A DNA stretch of 64,000 nucleotides. Source: Pseudothermotoga sp. Lineage in GTDB: Bacteria > Thermotogota > Thermotogae > Thermotogales > DSM-5069. The DNA lies in NCBI GenBank assembly GCA_031962025.1, contig JAVRKW010000001.1. One strand, written 5' to 3'. The notes under the pieces were generated by a model. That model did no database searches. It saw only the letters and a program-made list of their open reading frames with translations, and was not told the DNA's origin. Shown here piece after piece: positions 50,608-60,132 of the stretch (positions are counted from its first letter, which is position 1; the number at the start of each line of letters is the position of its first letter). A program made the position numbers and the translations under genes.

Positions 50608-51660
50608 CTATTTTCTGTCGACATAAACTTTGGAGTTTTGAATTGTGAAAGTTATCGTACCGGTGTTTCTGTAAATACCTGAGGATTGATTTTTCAGATC
50701 TACAAGCTGGTAGAAATTCACGGACGATGAACCAGAACTGAGTGTCATAGAGCGGTTGTTTAACGCAGGAGCACTGATCCAATCGATGTTTTCAGTAAGA
50801 TCGTCGCTGATTGCATAATATACCTCTACACCCTCAAGCCCTATCCCCCCTTGTGGTTGAAGATAATCAAAGTTACTGAAGCTGACAACCACAGGATACA
50901 CACTGTTGACTTTGACTTCAAAGGCATTGGTGGCGTATTTGCCCGGTTTTCTGATGTACCACAGTATCTTTGAGTTAGAAACTTCCACACACATACCCGA
51001 TGGTGGCTCTCCTCCTGCCCAGGCAGTCTCCTGCTGGTTGTTCTTTTTCACCGACAGATGAAGCAGTATAAAGACTTTGTTTTGGATACACTTTATATCT
51101 TTCAAGTTGCGGTAGTCGACTTTGTATTCATAAGTGGCTGTCGGTGGATTGTGCTCCGTTTTGTAAGGGAATTGACCTGGACTTTGATTTCCACTGGGCT
51201 CTTGATAGCTTATCTTCAGGTGAGATTCACTTGCAAGCCATCCGTAGAGTAGTTCAAATTTGATGTACAGGTAGGTGTCGTCGTTCCACACAGTTGTTAT
51301 ACCTATATTTTGATTCTGACCAGCCACGATACCGTAGTAACTTTTTTCTGTGCTGTTTCTGATAACATATTCCATGTAGTAGTACCACTGACCTTTCACT
51401 GAGAACTTTTCTGTGTTTTCAGGCTCCACAACGATTGTTCCGTTTATTTCATGAGACACGCTTATGTTGGACGAACCACTCTGTACATTCGGCATAACAA
51501 TCAGTTCCGATACATCTTTATTCACTCTTTGCCAAAGACCTGTTGCTGGATCGTATCTGTAAACTTTTGGAGCAGGTGTGTAAGAAAGTCCAATGGTTAT
51601 GAGAGTCATTAAGAATATTATTAACATCTTTATATTATTCAGAAATCTTTCCACTCTCAT
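50608..51660 (-). CDS. Exported pilin paralogue with an inserted domain (putative minor/tip subunit)
   Basis: WYIRKPGKY and SSGIYRNTGTITFTI shared with the downstream gene; central AGQ..PGQFP..ETAW insert. Confidence 0.6.
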   Translation of the reverse strand: MRVERFLNNIKMLIIFLMTLITIGLSYTPAPKVYRYDPATGLWQRVNKDVSELIVMPNVQSGSSNISVSHEINGTIVVEPENTEKFSVKGQWYYYMEYVIRNSTEKSYYGIVAGQNQNIGITTVWNDDTYLYIKFELLYGWLASESHLKISYQEPSGNQSPGQFPYKTEHNPPTATYEYKVDYRNLKDIKCIQNKVFILLHLSVKKNNQQETAWAGGEPPSGMCVEVSNSKILWYIRKPGKYATNAFEVKVNSVYPVVVSFSNFDYLQPQGGIGLEGVEVYYAISDDLTENIDWISAPALNNRSMTLSSGSSSVNFYQLVDLKNQSSGIYRNTGTITFTIQNSKVYVDRK

Positions 51661-51757
51661 AACCCCCTGGCTATAAATCTATCAGGTGGCATTGAAAAAA
51701 CATTGATAAATCCCTGATAATCTTCTGAAAATATACTCAAAATATGCTGAAAAAATA

Positions 51758-51779
51758 TGGGGTGAGCTCGCCCACCCCA
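51758..51779 (-). terminator. Terminator of trpB2
   Basis: Minus strand tggggtgggc-ga-gctcacccca followed by tattttt. Confidence 0.7.
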
Positions 51780-51790
51780 AAGGAGGGAAG

Positions 51791-53059
51791 TCAGATGTAA
51801 GCAGTCAGATCAAACAGTCCGTGACCGCTGAGGTTGAAAACTATAACTTTTCTGGCTTTTTCCTGTTTTGCCATTTGAGCTTCTCTGATTGCTCCGGCAA
51901 TTGCATAAGAACTCTCTGGTGCAGGAACAATACCTTCCAATCTCGCAAATAATTTTGCCGCTTTGAAAACTTCATCCTGATCCAGTGCAATTGCTTCAAC
52001 GAGTTTTTCTTTAACCAGTTTGGAGATTATCGGTGCAGCACCGTGATAGCGCAAGCCTCCCGCGTGGATCTTGGGCGGGATGAAATCTTTGCCCAGTGTG
52101 TACATTTTCAAAAGCGGTGTCATTCCGGCGGTATCTCCATAATCGTACTCGTAACGACCCTGAGTTAGAGATGGGCATGCAGTTGGTTCACAGGCTAAGA
52201 GTTTGATCTGTTTTCCAGAAAGTTTGTCCGGTACAAACGGCAGAATTGTTCCACCAAAGTTTGAGCCCCCACCATGGCAGCCTATAACAACGTCTGGTTT
52301 CTCATCAATGATCTGCAGTTGTTTTTTGATTTCAAGCCCTATCACCGTCTGATGCAGAAGAACATGGTTGAGAACACTTCCAAGTGAATACTTGGTTTTT
52401 GGATCTGATAGTGCGACTTCGATTGCTTCGCTGATCGCTATACCGAGACTTCCTGGCATATCACCATTTTTCTCAAGCAGAGATCTACCGAACTTGGTGC
52501 GTTCACTTGGACTTGGTACAACATCTCCACCGAAGAACTTCATCAGGTATTTTCGCATTGGCTTTTGTTCATAACTGATCTTGACCATGAAAACATTGAC
52601 TGTTAAACCGAATTTTGCACCGGAATAGCACAGTGCGCTTCCCCACTGTCCTGCACCTGTTTCGGTGACAAGCCTTTCTGTACCAGAGATTTTGTTGTAA
52701 TAAGCCTGTGCAAGGGCTGTGTTCGTCTTATGGCTGCCAGTTGGGCTTGCACCTTCGTATTTGTAGTAGATCTTGGCTGGAGTCTGCAAAAACTGTTCAA
52801 GATAAGTTGCCCTGATCAAAGGAGTTGGTCTAAAGACAGCGTACTCTTCGAGGACTGCTTCTGGAATTGGAATCTCGCGCCTGTCACTTACCTCCTGTTC
52901 GATCAAAGGCATCGGGAAAATTGCCGAAAGTGCTTGTGGTGATATGGGCTGTTTTGTTTTTGGATCGAGTGGGGGATCGAGTTTGAACGGCAGATCAGCC
53001 AGCACGTTGTACCAGTACCTTGGAATTTCGTCGACCTTTAGATCCACCCTGATTCTCAT
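51791..53059 (-). CDS. trpB2: Tryptophan synthase beta chain, type 2 (TrpB2)
   Basis: [25 protein letters not shown] and HAGGLRYHG motifs; ATG at 53059 after ggaggtgg. Confidence 0.93.
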   Translation of the reverse strand: MRIRVDLKVDEIPRYWYNVLADLPFKLDPPLDPKTKQPISPQALSAIFPMPLIEQEVSDRREIPIPEAVLEEYAVFRPTPLIRATYLEQFLQTPAKIYYKYEGASPTGSHKTNTALAQAYYNKISGTERLVTETGAGQWGSALCYSGAKFGLTVNVFMVKISYEQKPMRKYLMKFFGGDVVPSPSERTKFGRSLLEKNGDMPGSLGIAISEAIEVALSDPKTKYSLGSVLNHVLLHQTVIGLEIKKQLQIIDEKPDVVIGCHGGGSNFGGTILPFVPDKLSGKQIKLLACEPTACPSLTQGRYEYDYGDTAGMTPLLKMYTLGKDFIPPKIHAGGLRYHGAAPIISKLVKEKLVEAIALDQDEVFKAAKLFARLEGIVPAPESSYAIAGAIREAQMAKQEKARKVIVFNLSGHGLFDLTAYI

Positions 53060-53085
53060 AAAACCACCTCCTGATGATTTAAAAT

Positions 53086-53226
53086 AAAAAAAAGGGGCTC
53101 TCTTTGTTGAGAGCCCCAATTCGGTGTAGCAAAACAAAAGTGGTACTACCCCACCGAATTGGGGCAGTACCACCACCATTGATTGTTATCAACTATGGCA
53201 ACAAAACCTTTAAGAAAAATACTCAA
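53086..53226 (-). promoter_or_regulatory. Tryptophan transcription attenuator
   Basis: Alternative hairpins plus terminator ggggctctc-aacaaa-gagagcccc-U8 (53094-53117). Confidence 0.88.
53146..53226 (-). CDS. trpL: Trp leader peptide [26 protein letters not shown]
   Basis: RBS agaggt, TTG start, three tandem TGG codons. Confidence 0.85.
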   Translation of the reverse strand: MSIFLKGFVAIVDNNQWWWYCPNSVG

Positions 53227-53398
53227 GCATTTGCACCTCTTGTGCTTGATGATACACCCAGAATGATTCAAAGTCAAGTGATTTCAATGGCAATTTAATA
53301 TATCTGCGAAAATTACCGATCTTAATTACTATTTTCCCCCTAACTGGTGGTAAAATTAAAATTGTACTATTAGCGAACAAAGAAAAGGGGTTGAGACT

Positions 53399-55387
53399 GT
53401 GGAAAGACTTAAAATCGATGATTTTCTGAATTACAAGTTTTTGTCAAATCCAACCTTTTCCGAGGACGGGAAATATCTTGCCTTCGTAGTTCATGAAAGC
53501 GATTACGACGATAACAGATATCTTTCAACAATCTGGCTCTATAAAGATGGTGATGTAAAACAACTGACAACCTTCGGGCAGGAAAGTACGTTCATCTGGC
53601 TTGATGAACAGACTATATTGTTCCCAAGTCTGAGAGAAGAAAAAGACAGAAAAAGGAAGGAAAATTCAGAGCCATTCACGATCTTTTATAAAATCAACAT
53701 CTTTGGAGGTGAAGCTCAAAGGGCTTTCGAAGTGCCATTGACAGTCAAGCAGATTGAAAAACTTGACCAGAACAGATTTGTATTAACAGCCATTTGGGAC
53801 AACAACTTGCAGGATCTTTCCAAAATGAATGAAAAAGAAAAAGAAGAATATCTGAAAAAAGTCAAAGAAGAGAAGGATTATCAGGTCGTGGATGAGATAC
53901 CTTTCTGGTCAAATGGCAGCGGGTTCACAAATAAGAAAAGAATCAGGTTATACCTGTTTGACCTGCAGAAAAATTCGCTGACACCAATTACCGATGAGTT
54001 CACCAATGTCGAACAGTTCTCACTGAACGAACAAAGGACGCTTTTACTGTACATAGCCAACCGTTTCACTGACAAGATGCAGATACGCTCCGATCTGTAT
54101 CTTTACGACATAGTTGAGAATAAATCTACAAAGCTCACGCACGAAGATCCTTTTGATTACACCTTTGCCCACTTTTTGAAGGACAAGATTGTATTTGCCG
54201 GCACCAACATGAAAAAGTTCGGAATCAATGAGAACCCGAAATTCTATGCGCTTGATCCAAAAACCGGTGAAGTGGTAGTTCTCACACCGGATTTTGATTT
54301 CAGCCTCCACAACAGCGTTAACTCAGATTGCCGATATGGCAGCAGTAGGATGAGCAAAGTCGATTCAGAACACCTTTACTTTGTCACTACAGAATGGCAC
54401 AGTTCATACCTGAACAGAATAGATCTGAGTGGAAAAATAGAAAAACTCACTTTGGACAACGGTTCCGTGGATGGATTCGATGTTGTAAAAGATAGAATAG
54501 CTTTTGTCGGTCTTAAAAATATGAATTTACAGGAAATCTATGAACTGTCCGATGGACAAGAAAAAAAGATCACATCCTTCAACGAATGGGTTCTCAAACA
54601 AAGATCTGTGTGTAAACCGGAAAGATTTGAGTTTGTCTTTGACAACACAGTTTTTGAAGGTTGGATCATAAAACCGGCGGATTTTGATCCTTCAAAGAAA
54701 TATCCCGCGATACTCGATATTCACGGTGGACCAAAGACGGTTTACGGAGAGGTTTTCTTTCATGAAATGCAGTTTTGGGCAAATGAAGGATATGTTGTTC
54801 TTTACACGAATCCGCGTGGGAGCGACGGAAGAGGTAATGAATTTGCGGATATCAGAGGAAAGTACGGAACTGTGGATTACCAGGATCTGATGAATTTTGT
54901 AGATGAATCGATTAAAAGGTTTGACTTTATAGACAAAGACAGGTTAGGAGTCACCGGTGGTTCCTATGGTGGATATATGACAAACTGGATCATAACTCAA
55001 ACAGACCGTTTCAGAGCTGCTGTTTCTCAGAGAAGTATATCTAACTGGATTTCAAAATTCGGCACCACTGACATAGGCTACTTTTTCGTCGAAGACCAGC
55101 ATCTTGCAAATCCATGGACGGATTTTGAAAAACTCTGGTGGCATTCACCGATGAAATACGCCGACAGAGTTAAGACACCAACTCTTTTCATACATTCAGA
55201 TGAAGACTATAGATGCTGGATCGCTGAAGCGATTCAGATGTTTACATCGCTTAAGTATCACGGTGTTGAATCAAAACTGGTGATCTTCAAAGGGGAAAAT
55301 CACGAGCTCAGTCGAAGCGGAAAACCAAAGCACAGATTGAGAAGACTGAAGGAAATCACTGACTGGTTCAACAAATTTTTGAAGTGA
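53399..55387 (+). CDS. S9 family peptidase (acylaminoacyl peptidase-like)
   Basis: Beta-propeller N-terminus; IHGGP, GGSYGG, DYRC and ENHELSRSG motifs. Confidence 0.93.
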   Translation: MERLKIDDFLNYKFLSNPTFSEDGKYLAFVVHESDYDDNRYLSTIWLYKDGDVKQLTTFGQESTFIWLDEQTILFPSLREEKDRKRKENSEPFTIFYKINIFGGEAQRAFEVPLTVKQIEKLDQNRFVLTAIWDNNLQDLSKMNEKEKEEYLKKVKEEKDYQVVDEIPFWSNGSGFTNKKRIRLYLFDLQKNSLTPITDEFTNVEQFSLNEQRTLLLYIANRFTDKMQIRSDLYLYDIVENKSTKLTHEDPFDYTFAHFLKDKIVFAGTNMKKFGINENPKFYALDPKTGEVVVLTPDFDFSLHNSVNSDCRYGSSRMSKVDSEHLYFVTTEWHSSYLNRIDLSGKIEKLTLDNGSVDGFDVVKDRIAFVGLKNMNLQEIYELSDGQEKKITSFNEWVLKQRSVCKPERFEFVFDNTVFEGWIIKPADFDPSKKYPAILDIHGGPKTVYGEVFFHEMQFWANEGYVVLYTNPRGSDGRGNEFADIRGKYGTVDYQDLMNFVDESIKRFDFIDKDRLGVTGGSYGGYMTNWIITQTDRFRAAVSQRSISNWISKFGTTDIGYFFVEDQHLANPWTDFEKLWWHSPMKYADRVKTPTLFIHSDEDYRCWIAEAIQMFTSLKYHGVESKLVIFKGENHELSRSGKPKHRLRRLKEITDWFNKFLK

Positions 55388-55424
55388 CTCTTGAACTGTC
55401 ACTGTATCTTATTGATAAAATATC

Positions 55425-55453
55425 TTGATCGTTAAAATTTTTAACTATATAAT
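55425..55453 (+). promoter_or_regulatory. Promoter with a palindromic operator in the spacer
   Basis: TTGATC-17 nt-TATAAT; GTTAAAA-T-TTTTAAC at 55431-55445. Confidence 0.6.
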
Positions 55454-55489
55454 CTCAGTAAAATCGACTCCAAGATCTGGAGGAATAAC

Positions 55490-57556
55490 ATGAAAAGATA
55501 CAGATTGACAGTTATCTTCTTAGCTCTTGCGTTTATCTTTGGTCTTGCCGCTTTTTTTAAGGGAAAGATAAACGCCGATTATGTTGTTTTCCTGCCAGGA
55601 TACACTCCTGGCGCTACACTTGAGCAGATTGAAAACCAGGATTTGAGAAATCTTCTGGATGTTTCTAAAAAATTCTCCGACGGAACACAGGTAGTTGTGA
55701 TACTGCACTCAGACAGGACATTTTTCCAGTCAGATCAGATCATGAAGGTCGTCGATCTGCAAAATGATCTGTCAAAAGTGGAAGGTATCAAAACCGTTCT
55801 GAGTGCTCTGAACTACCCATTTAAGGTACCGTATTTCAACGGCACCACTCTCAGCGAACAAATTTTAGAAGATCCTCAGGCGAAATCATTCATTTCAAAA
55901 GACGGCAGGTATTTGCTTTTGAACTGTATACTCACACCTGTGGATGATTCAAAACCTGTTCTTAGAAGGATCGATAATGTACTGAAAAATTACCAGACCA
56001 TGTCGCCTCTTGTCTTTGGGCAGATGGTCATAAACGATCATCTGTTCAACGAGATTATAAGACAGATGCTGTTATATCCGTCGTTGATGTTCCTGGCAAT
56101 TCTTGTGGTTTTCTGGATTCAAACACGTTCTTTAAAAGCAAGTGTTTTATCCCTTGTTATTCCTCTGATTGCAACCATCATTGTTTATGGTTTTTCAGCG
56201 ATCGTTGGTGTTGAGCTCAACGTCATGACGGTTATGTGTGTCAGTTTTCTGCTTGTTATAGGTTCTGCTTACGGACTGCATTTTTACAATGGAATAGTTC
56301 GCTTTGGTAGAGATGTTAGAAAAAAGATGTTCAGACCGATCTTTTTTTCGATGTTCACAACCGCTGTGGGTTTTTTGTCTTTTCTGTTTGTGAAAATAAC
56401 AGCTTTCAGGCAACTTGGTTTGATGGTTTCATCCGGTCTTTCACTGATCTTTTTAATTCTCTTCACGGCTGGATATGAACTTTTTTATGATGAAAAAAAG
56501 GAGTATGCAAGAACCTTTTCTTTGAAAATAAACGGTGGAGTTTTTGGCAAGATTCTGATCTTTGCTGTCGCCGTTATTTGCATAATTTCACCCTTTGTTT
56601 TTCCTCGAATAAAGATCGGGATGGATCAGGCTTCGTATTTTTCCAGAAACAGTCAGGTTGGTCAGGCTTTGAGGATTCTCAGTGAACAATTCTCCTACCG
56701 CGAACCAGTCTACATAATGATAGAGAAGGACAGTTTTTTCACAGTCAAAGATACACAGAACATCAAACAAATACTCGAACAGGTGAGCAGTATAAATGGT
56801 GTCGCCTCAGTTCAATTCCCAATTTCATACCCAGTTCCAACTCTCGCATTACTGGCACGCGTTCAACCTGCTATAAATTACTTTGTGGCTGACGGGAAGA
56901 CGATAAGAATAGTCGCAAATATAACCGATGAAGCATACATGCAGGCTGGAAAGATCAAAAAAGCATTATATGAAGAGCTGAAAAATTACAATGAATACAG
57001 ATTCACGATAGCAAGTGCATCGTTTATCGTAGATCAGATAAATTCCCAGATATTGAAAAGCCAGATTCAAAGCCTTATTACATCTTTAATTCTGATCTTT
57101 GCTTCTATTGTCATTGCCTTCAAAAGTATCGAATTTTCAGCTCTCATAGTGATACCGGTTCTGTTGACGGCAATTTTCAATTTCATTTTTATTTACCTCA
57201 TGAGGCTCAGGCTGGATATCGCAACATCTATTGTCGCAAGCATACTGGTCGGTCTTGTGGTGGATTATTCCATACATTTGGCACACGATTTGAAGACAAC
57301 CAAGGACATATCAAAGTCAATCGAAAACATTGGTATGCCGGTTCTCACCAATGCACTCGGTTTGATTGCAGGTTTTATGGTTATGTCACTTTCAAGACTT
57401 GCACTTTTCAGAAATGTATCGATACTTCTCGTACTTGGGATAGCTTTTGGTGTATCTTTTACGATATTCTCTCAGCCGCTGATAATACAAAAGATGGTGA
57501 GAAAACTTGAGACTGGACAGGTTTCTTTCAAACGCGAAGATGGGTACAAGAAGTGA
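55490..57556 (+). CDS. MMPL/RND family transporter
   Basis: Two repeats of periplasmic domain plus TM bundle; GSAYGLH and GLVVDYSIH motifs. Confidence 0.88.
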   Translation: MKRYRLTVIFLALAFIFGLAAFFKGKINADYVVFLPGYTPGATLEQIENQDLRNLLDVSKKFSDGTQVVVILHSDRTFFQSDQIMKVVDLQNDLSKVEGIKTVLSALNYPFKVPYFNGTTLSEQILEDPQAKSFISKDGRYLLLNCILTPVDDSKPVLRRIDNVLKNYQTMSPLVFGQMVINDHLFNEIIRQMLLYPSLMFLAILVVFWIQTRSLKASVLSLVIPLIATIIVYGFSAIVGVELNVMTVMCVSFLLVIGSAYGLHFYNGIVRFGRDVRKKMFRPIFFSMFTTAVGFLSFLFVKITAFRQLGLMVSSGLSLIFLILFTAGYELFYDEKKEYARTFSLKINGGVFGKILIFAVAVICIISPFVFPRIKIGMDQASYFSRNSQVGQALRILSEQFSYREPVYIMIEKDSFFTVKDTQNIKQILEQVSSINGVASVQFPISYPVPTLALLARVQPAINYFVADGKTIRIVANITDEAYMQAGKIKKALYEELKNYNEYRFTIASASFIVDQINSQILKSQIQSLITSLILIFASIVIAFKSIEFSALIVIPVLLTAIFNFIFIYLMRLRLDIATSIVASILVGLVVDYSIHLAHDLKTTKDISKSIENIGMPVLTNALGLIAGFMVMSLSRLALFRNVSILLVLGIAFGVSFTIFSQPLIIQKMVRKLETGQVSFKREDGYKK

Positions 57557-58196
57557 GGTTAAAAAGTTCATAAGATCTGGACTGGTCAGTGTGAACGGTG
57601 TACAGATCAAAGACGAGGGATTTCATGTTTCTGAAAAAGACGTCGTTGAGTTAAGGGGAAAGATCGTCGTCCCACACCGAAAAATTTACCTGATTTTCAA
57701 CAAACCCGCCGGTTATGTGAGCGACAGAACTGAAGATCAAGCTTCTGTATACGATCTGATCGACCATCCGTACTTAAATGAGCTTCAAGTCGCAGGTAGA
57801 TTGGATAAAGATGTTGAAGGTTTGCTGATTTTATCAAACGACGGTGACTTTATACACAAAATAATAAGTCCGAAAAAACACATTCAGAAAGAATACCTTG
57901 TGTGGTTCGAGGGAGAGCTCACTGACCAGAAGATAGAGCTTGTCGAAAAAGGTTTGAAGATCAAAGGCGAACAGTTCAAGCCAGCCGTTTTGAAATATGT
58001 TCAACCCGGCGTGTTGAGCCTTGTTATCACTGAAGGTAAATACCATCAGGTAAAAAAGATGATGAACTTTCTGGATCTGAAGTATTCAAGGATACAGAGA
58101 ATAAGAATTGGCACGATCGAACTTGGCAGTCTCAAGCCCGGAGATTTTCGCGAACTTTCTGAAAAGGAAATCAATTCACTGCTCTTGAATTCGTGA
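57507..58196 (+). CDS. rsuA: rRNA pseudouridine synthase (RsuA family)
   Basis: S4 domain MRLDRF; NKPAGY, GRLDKD and EGKYHQVKKM motifs. Confidence 0.88.
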   Translation: MRLDRFLSNAKMGTRSEVKKFIRSGLVSVNGVQIKDEGFHVSEKDVVELRGKIVVPHRKIYLIFNKPAGYVSDRTEDQASVYDLIDHPYLNELQVAGRLDKDVEGLLILSNDGDFIHKIISPKKHIQKEYLVWFEGELTDQKIELVEKGLKIKGEQFKPAVLKYVQPGVLSLVITEGKYHQVKKMMNFLDLKYSRIQRIRIGTIELGSLKPGDFRELSEKEINSLLLNS

Positions 58197-59090
58197 ATGT
58201 GATCTGATCTTTGATCTTGCATAAATTACAAGCACTATAACTGTGAGTATGAATGGCAACATGTTGGTGATCTCTGAGGGTATCCTCAGCGATTGTAAGG
58301 TAATGCCGATTGTTTCTGCTATACCGAACAGCAAGGCACCGAAAGCACCAAACAGGGCAGAATTTCCTCCAAGGGCTTGAGCGGCGATTGAGATGAATCC
58401 TCTGCCTGAAGTCATATCTCTTGCAAACCACGAGACATAACCCATTGACAGAAATGCTCCACCAAAACCGGCAAAGATTCCGCTCAGAACAAGGGAGAGA
58501 AATTTCATCCTGTTCACCGAAATACCCACCGAGACAGCCGCATCCGGATTCTCACCAACAGACCTCATCCTGATACCCAATGGAGTGCTCTTGACCAGAT
58601 AGTTGACAACCAGAACAGATATTATCGCTATATAAGTCAAAGCGTTATGTCCACTCAAAACTCTTCCAATGAATGGGATGTCTTTCAAAAACAAAATGTC
58701 AACCTTTGGTATGGTGAAGCTTCTCAACGATGCAGATGATCCCTTATCACCTGTGATCGCGTAAAGCAAGAAAACGGTCAGACCAGACGAGAGTAAATTC
58801 AAAGCCACACCACCTATGACCAGATCTGTTTTCAGTTTCAGATGAAAATAAGCAAGTATCATCGCAAGTACTGTAGATGAAGCAATGCCCATCAAAAGCC
58901 CTATCCAAGCGTTGTGAGAGAATGAAGCCACTATCGTACTCCAAAAGGCAGACATCAGCATCATACCCTCGATCCCTATGTTTATGGTTCCGGTTATTGA
59001 ACTGACAAGCGCCGCCATGACACCGAATAAAAGTGGTGTAGAAACTCTAATGACACTGTACCAAAATTCAGGGTTGAGAAGGTCAATCAC
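58176..59090 (-). CDS. Nucleoside ABC transporter permease
   Basis: NIGIEGMML, RSVGENPDAA and GRGFISIAA motifs. Confidence 0.9.
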   Translation of the reverse strand: MIDLLNPEFWYSVIRVSTPLLFGVMAALVSSITGTINIGIEGMMLMSAFWSTIVASFSHNAWIGLLMGIASSTVLAMILAYFHLKLKTDLVIGGVALNLLSSGLTVFLLYAITGDKGSSASLRSFTIPKVDILFLKDIPFIGRVLSGHNALTYIAIISVLVVNYLVKSTPLGIRMRSVGENPDAAVSVGISVNRMKFLSLVLSGIFAGFGGAFLSMGYVSWFARDMTSGRGFISIAAQALGGNSALFGAFGALLFGIAETIGITLQSLRIPSEITNMLPFILTVIVLVIYARSKIRSHSRIQEQ

Positions 59091-60132
59091 CTTTCATCGC
59101 CTCTTTAGCAACAGCTTTTTGCTTAAACCTTTCCAGCAGAGCTTCTGCTGTAATCAAAAGAATCATCAGGCTTTGAAGAACTACAACTATTTCTGGAGCC
59201 ACTCCGGTTGTTCTGCCCATGATATTGGCACCTATTCTCAGATATGCAATAAACAGTGCGCTCGGTATGACGAGGAACGGGTTATTTCGTGCCAGTATTG
59301 CCACTATGATGCCGTCAAAACCATAACCTGGTAATGATTGCCACACAAACCTTCTGTACATTGCCGCCAGTTCTATTCCGCCTGCAAGACCGGCTATTGC
59401 CCCCGAAAGAATCTGTACCCAGAAGATAACACTCATGGTTTTGATGCCGCTGTAAAGTCCAAATTTTTTGTTGGCTCCCACGACTCTTATCTTATATCCC
59501 CACTTTGTTCTGTAAAGTAGTAAACCCACCAGAACTGACAGACCGATGGCTATGAAAAGACCAGAATTCAACCTGTACTTTGTTAAAGTCGACAACCATG
59601 CAGTTTGTGGAAATTTGTGCGAGACAAGAGCGCCTGCCGTTTTATCGCGAAAATAGTTGTTGACCAGGAACAGAACGAGAAAATACGAAATGTAGTTCAT
59701 CATCAGCGACGAGACCAGCTCACTTGCTTTCCACTTTGCCCTCAAAATAGCCGGAACAAAAGCCCAGATAGAACCAAACAGAGCAGCTCCAATCAGAGTG
59801 ATGATCAAGTGTAGCCATGAAATCTGGGGAAAATTCAGAGCGAAAACCATTGCACCGAATGCGCCAAAGAACAACTGTCCTTCAGCTCCTATGTTGAATA
59901 CCTTGGCTTGAAAAACCACAGAAAGCGCTAACCCAGTCATCATGAGTGGGACTGCGTTGTTGAGAAATTCGAAAAACCGTCTCTGTGTCGTCAATGGTCC
60001 TGTCAGAAAAAGTTTAAAAGCTTGTATAGGTTCATCTGTGCTGAAGAGTAAAAAACAATAACCGATCAAAAGTGCTATCCCAACAGTTATGACAAACCTT
60101 ATCAATTCCAGAAGTACAAGTGTTCTTTTCAT
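59083..60132 (-). CDS. Nucleoside ABC transporter permease
   Basis: FNIGAEGQ and GYGFDGIIVAILA motifs. Confidence 0.9.
   Translation of the reverse strand: MKRTLVLLELIRFVITVGIALLIGYCFLLFSTDEPIQAFKLFLTGPLTTQRRFFEFLNNAVPLMMTGLALSVVFQAKVFNIGAEGQLFFGAFGAMVFALNFPQISWLHLIITLIGAALFGSIWAFVPAILRAKWKASELVSSLMMNYISYFLVLFLVNNYFRDKTAGALVSHKFPQTAWLSTLTKYRLNSGLFIAIGLSVLVGLLLYRTKWGYKIRVVGANKKFGLYSGIKTMSVIFWVQILSGAIAGLAGGIELAAMYRRFVWQSLPGYGFDGIIVAILARNNPFLVIPSALFIAYLRIGANIMGRTTGVAPEIVVVLQSLMILLITAEALLERFKQKAVAKEAMKGD

Noticed and set aside
53086..53340. T-box riboswitch before trpB2
   Set aside because: The TGGTGG run is explained by tandem Trp codons in a leader ORF, and no stem I or specifier loop was recognised.
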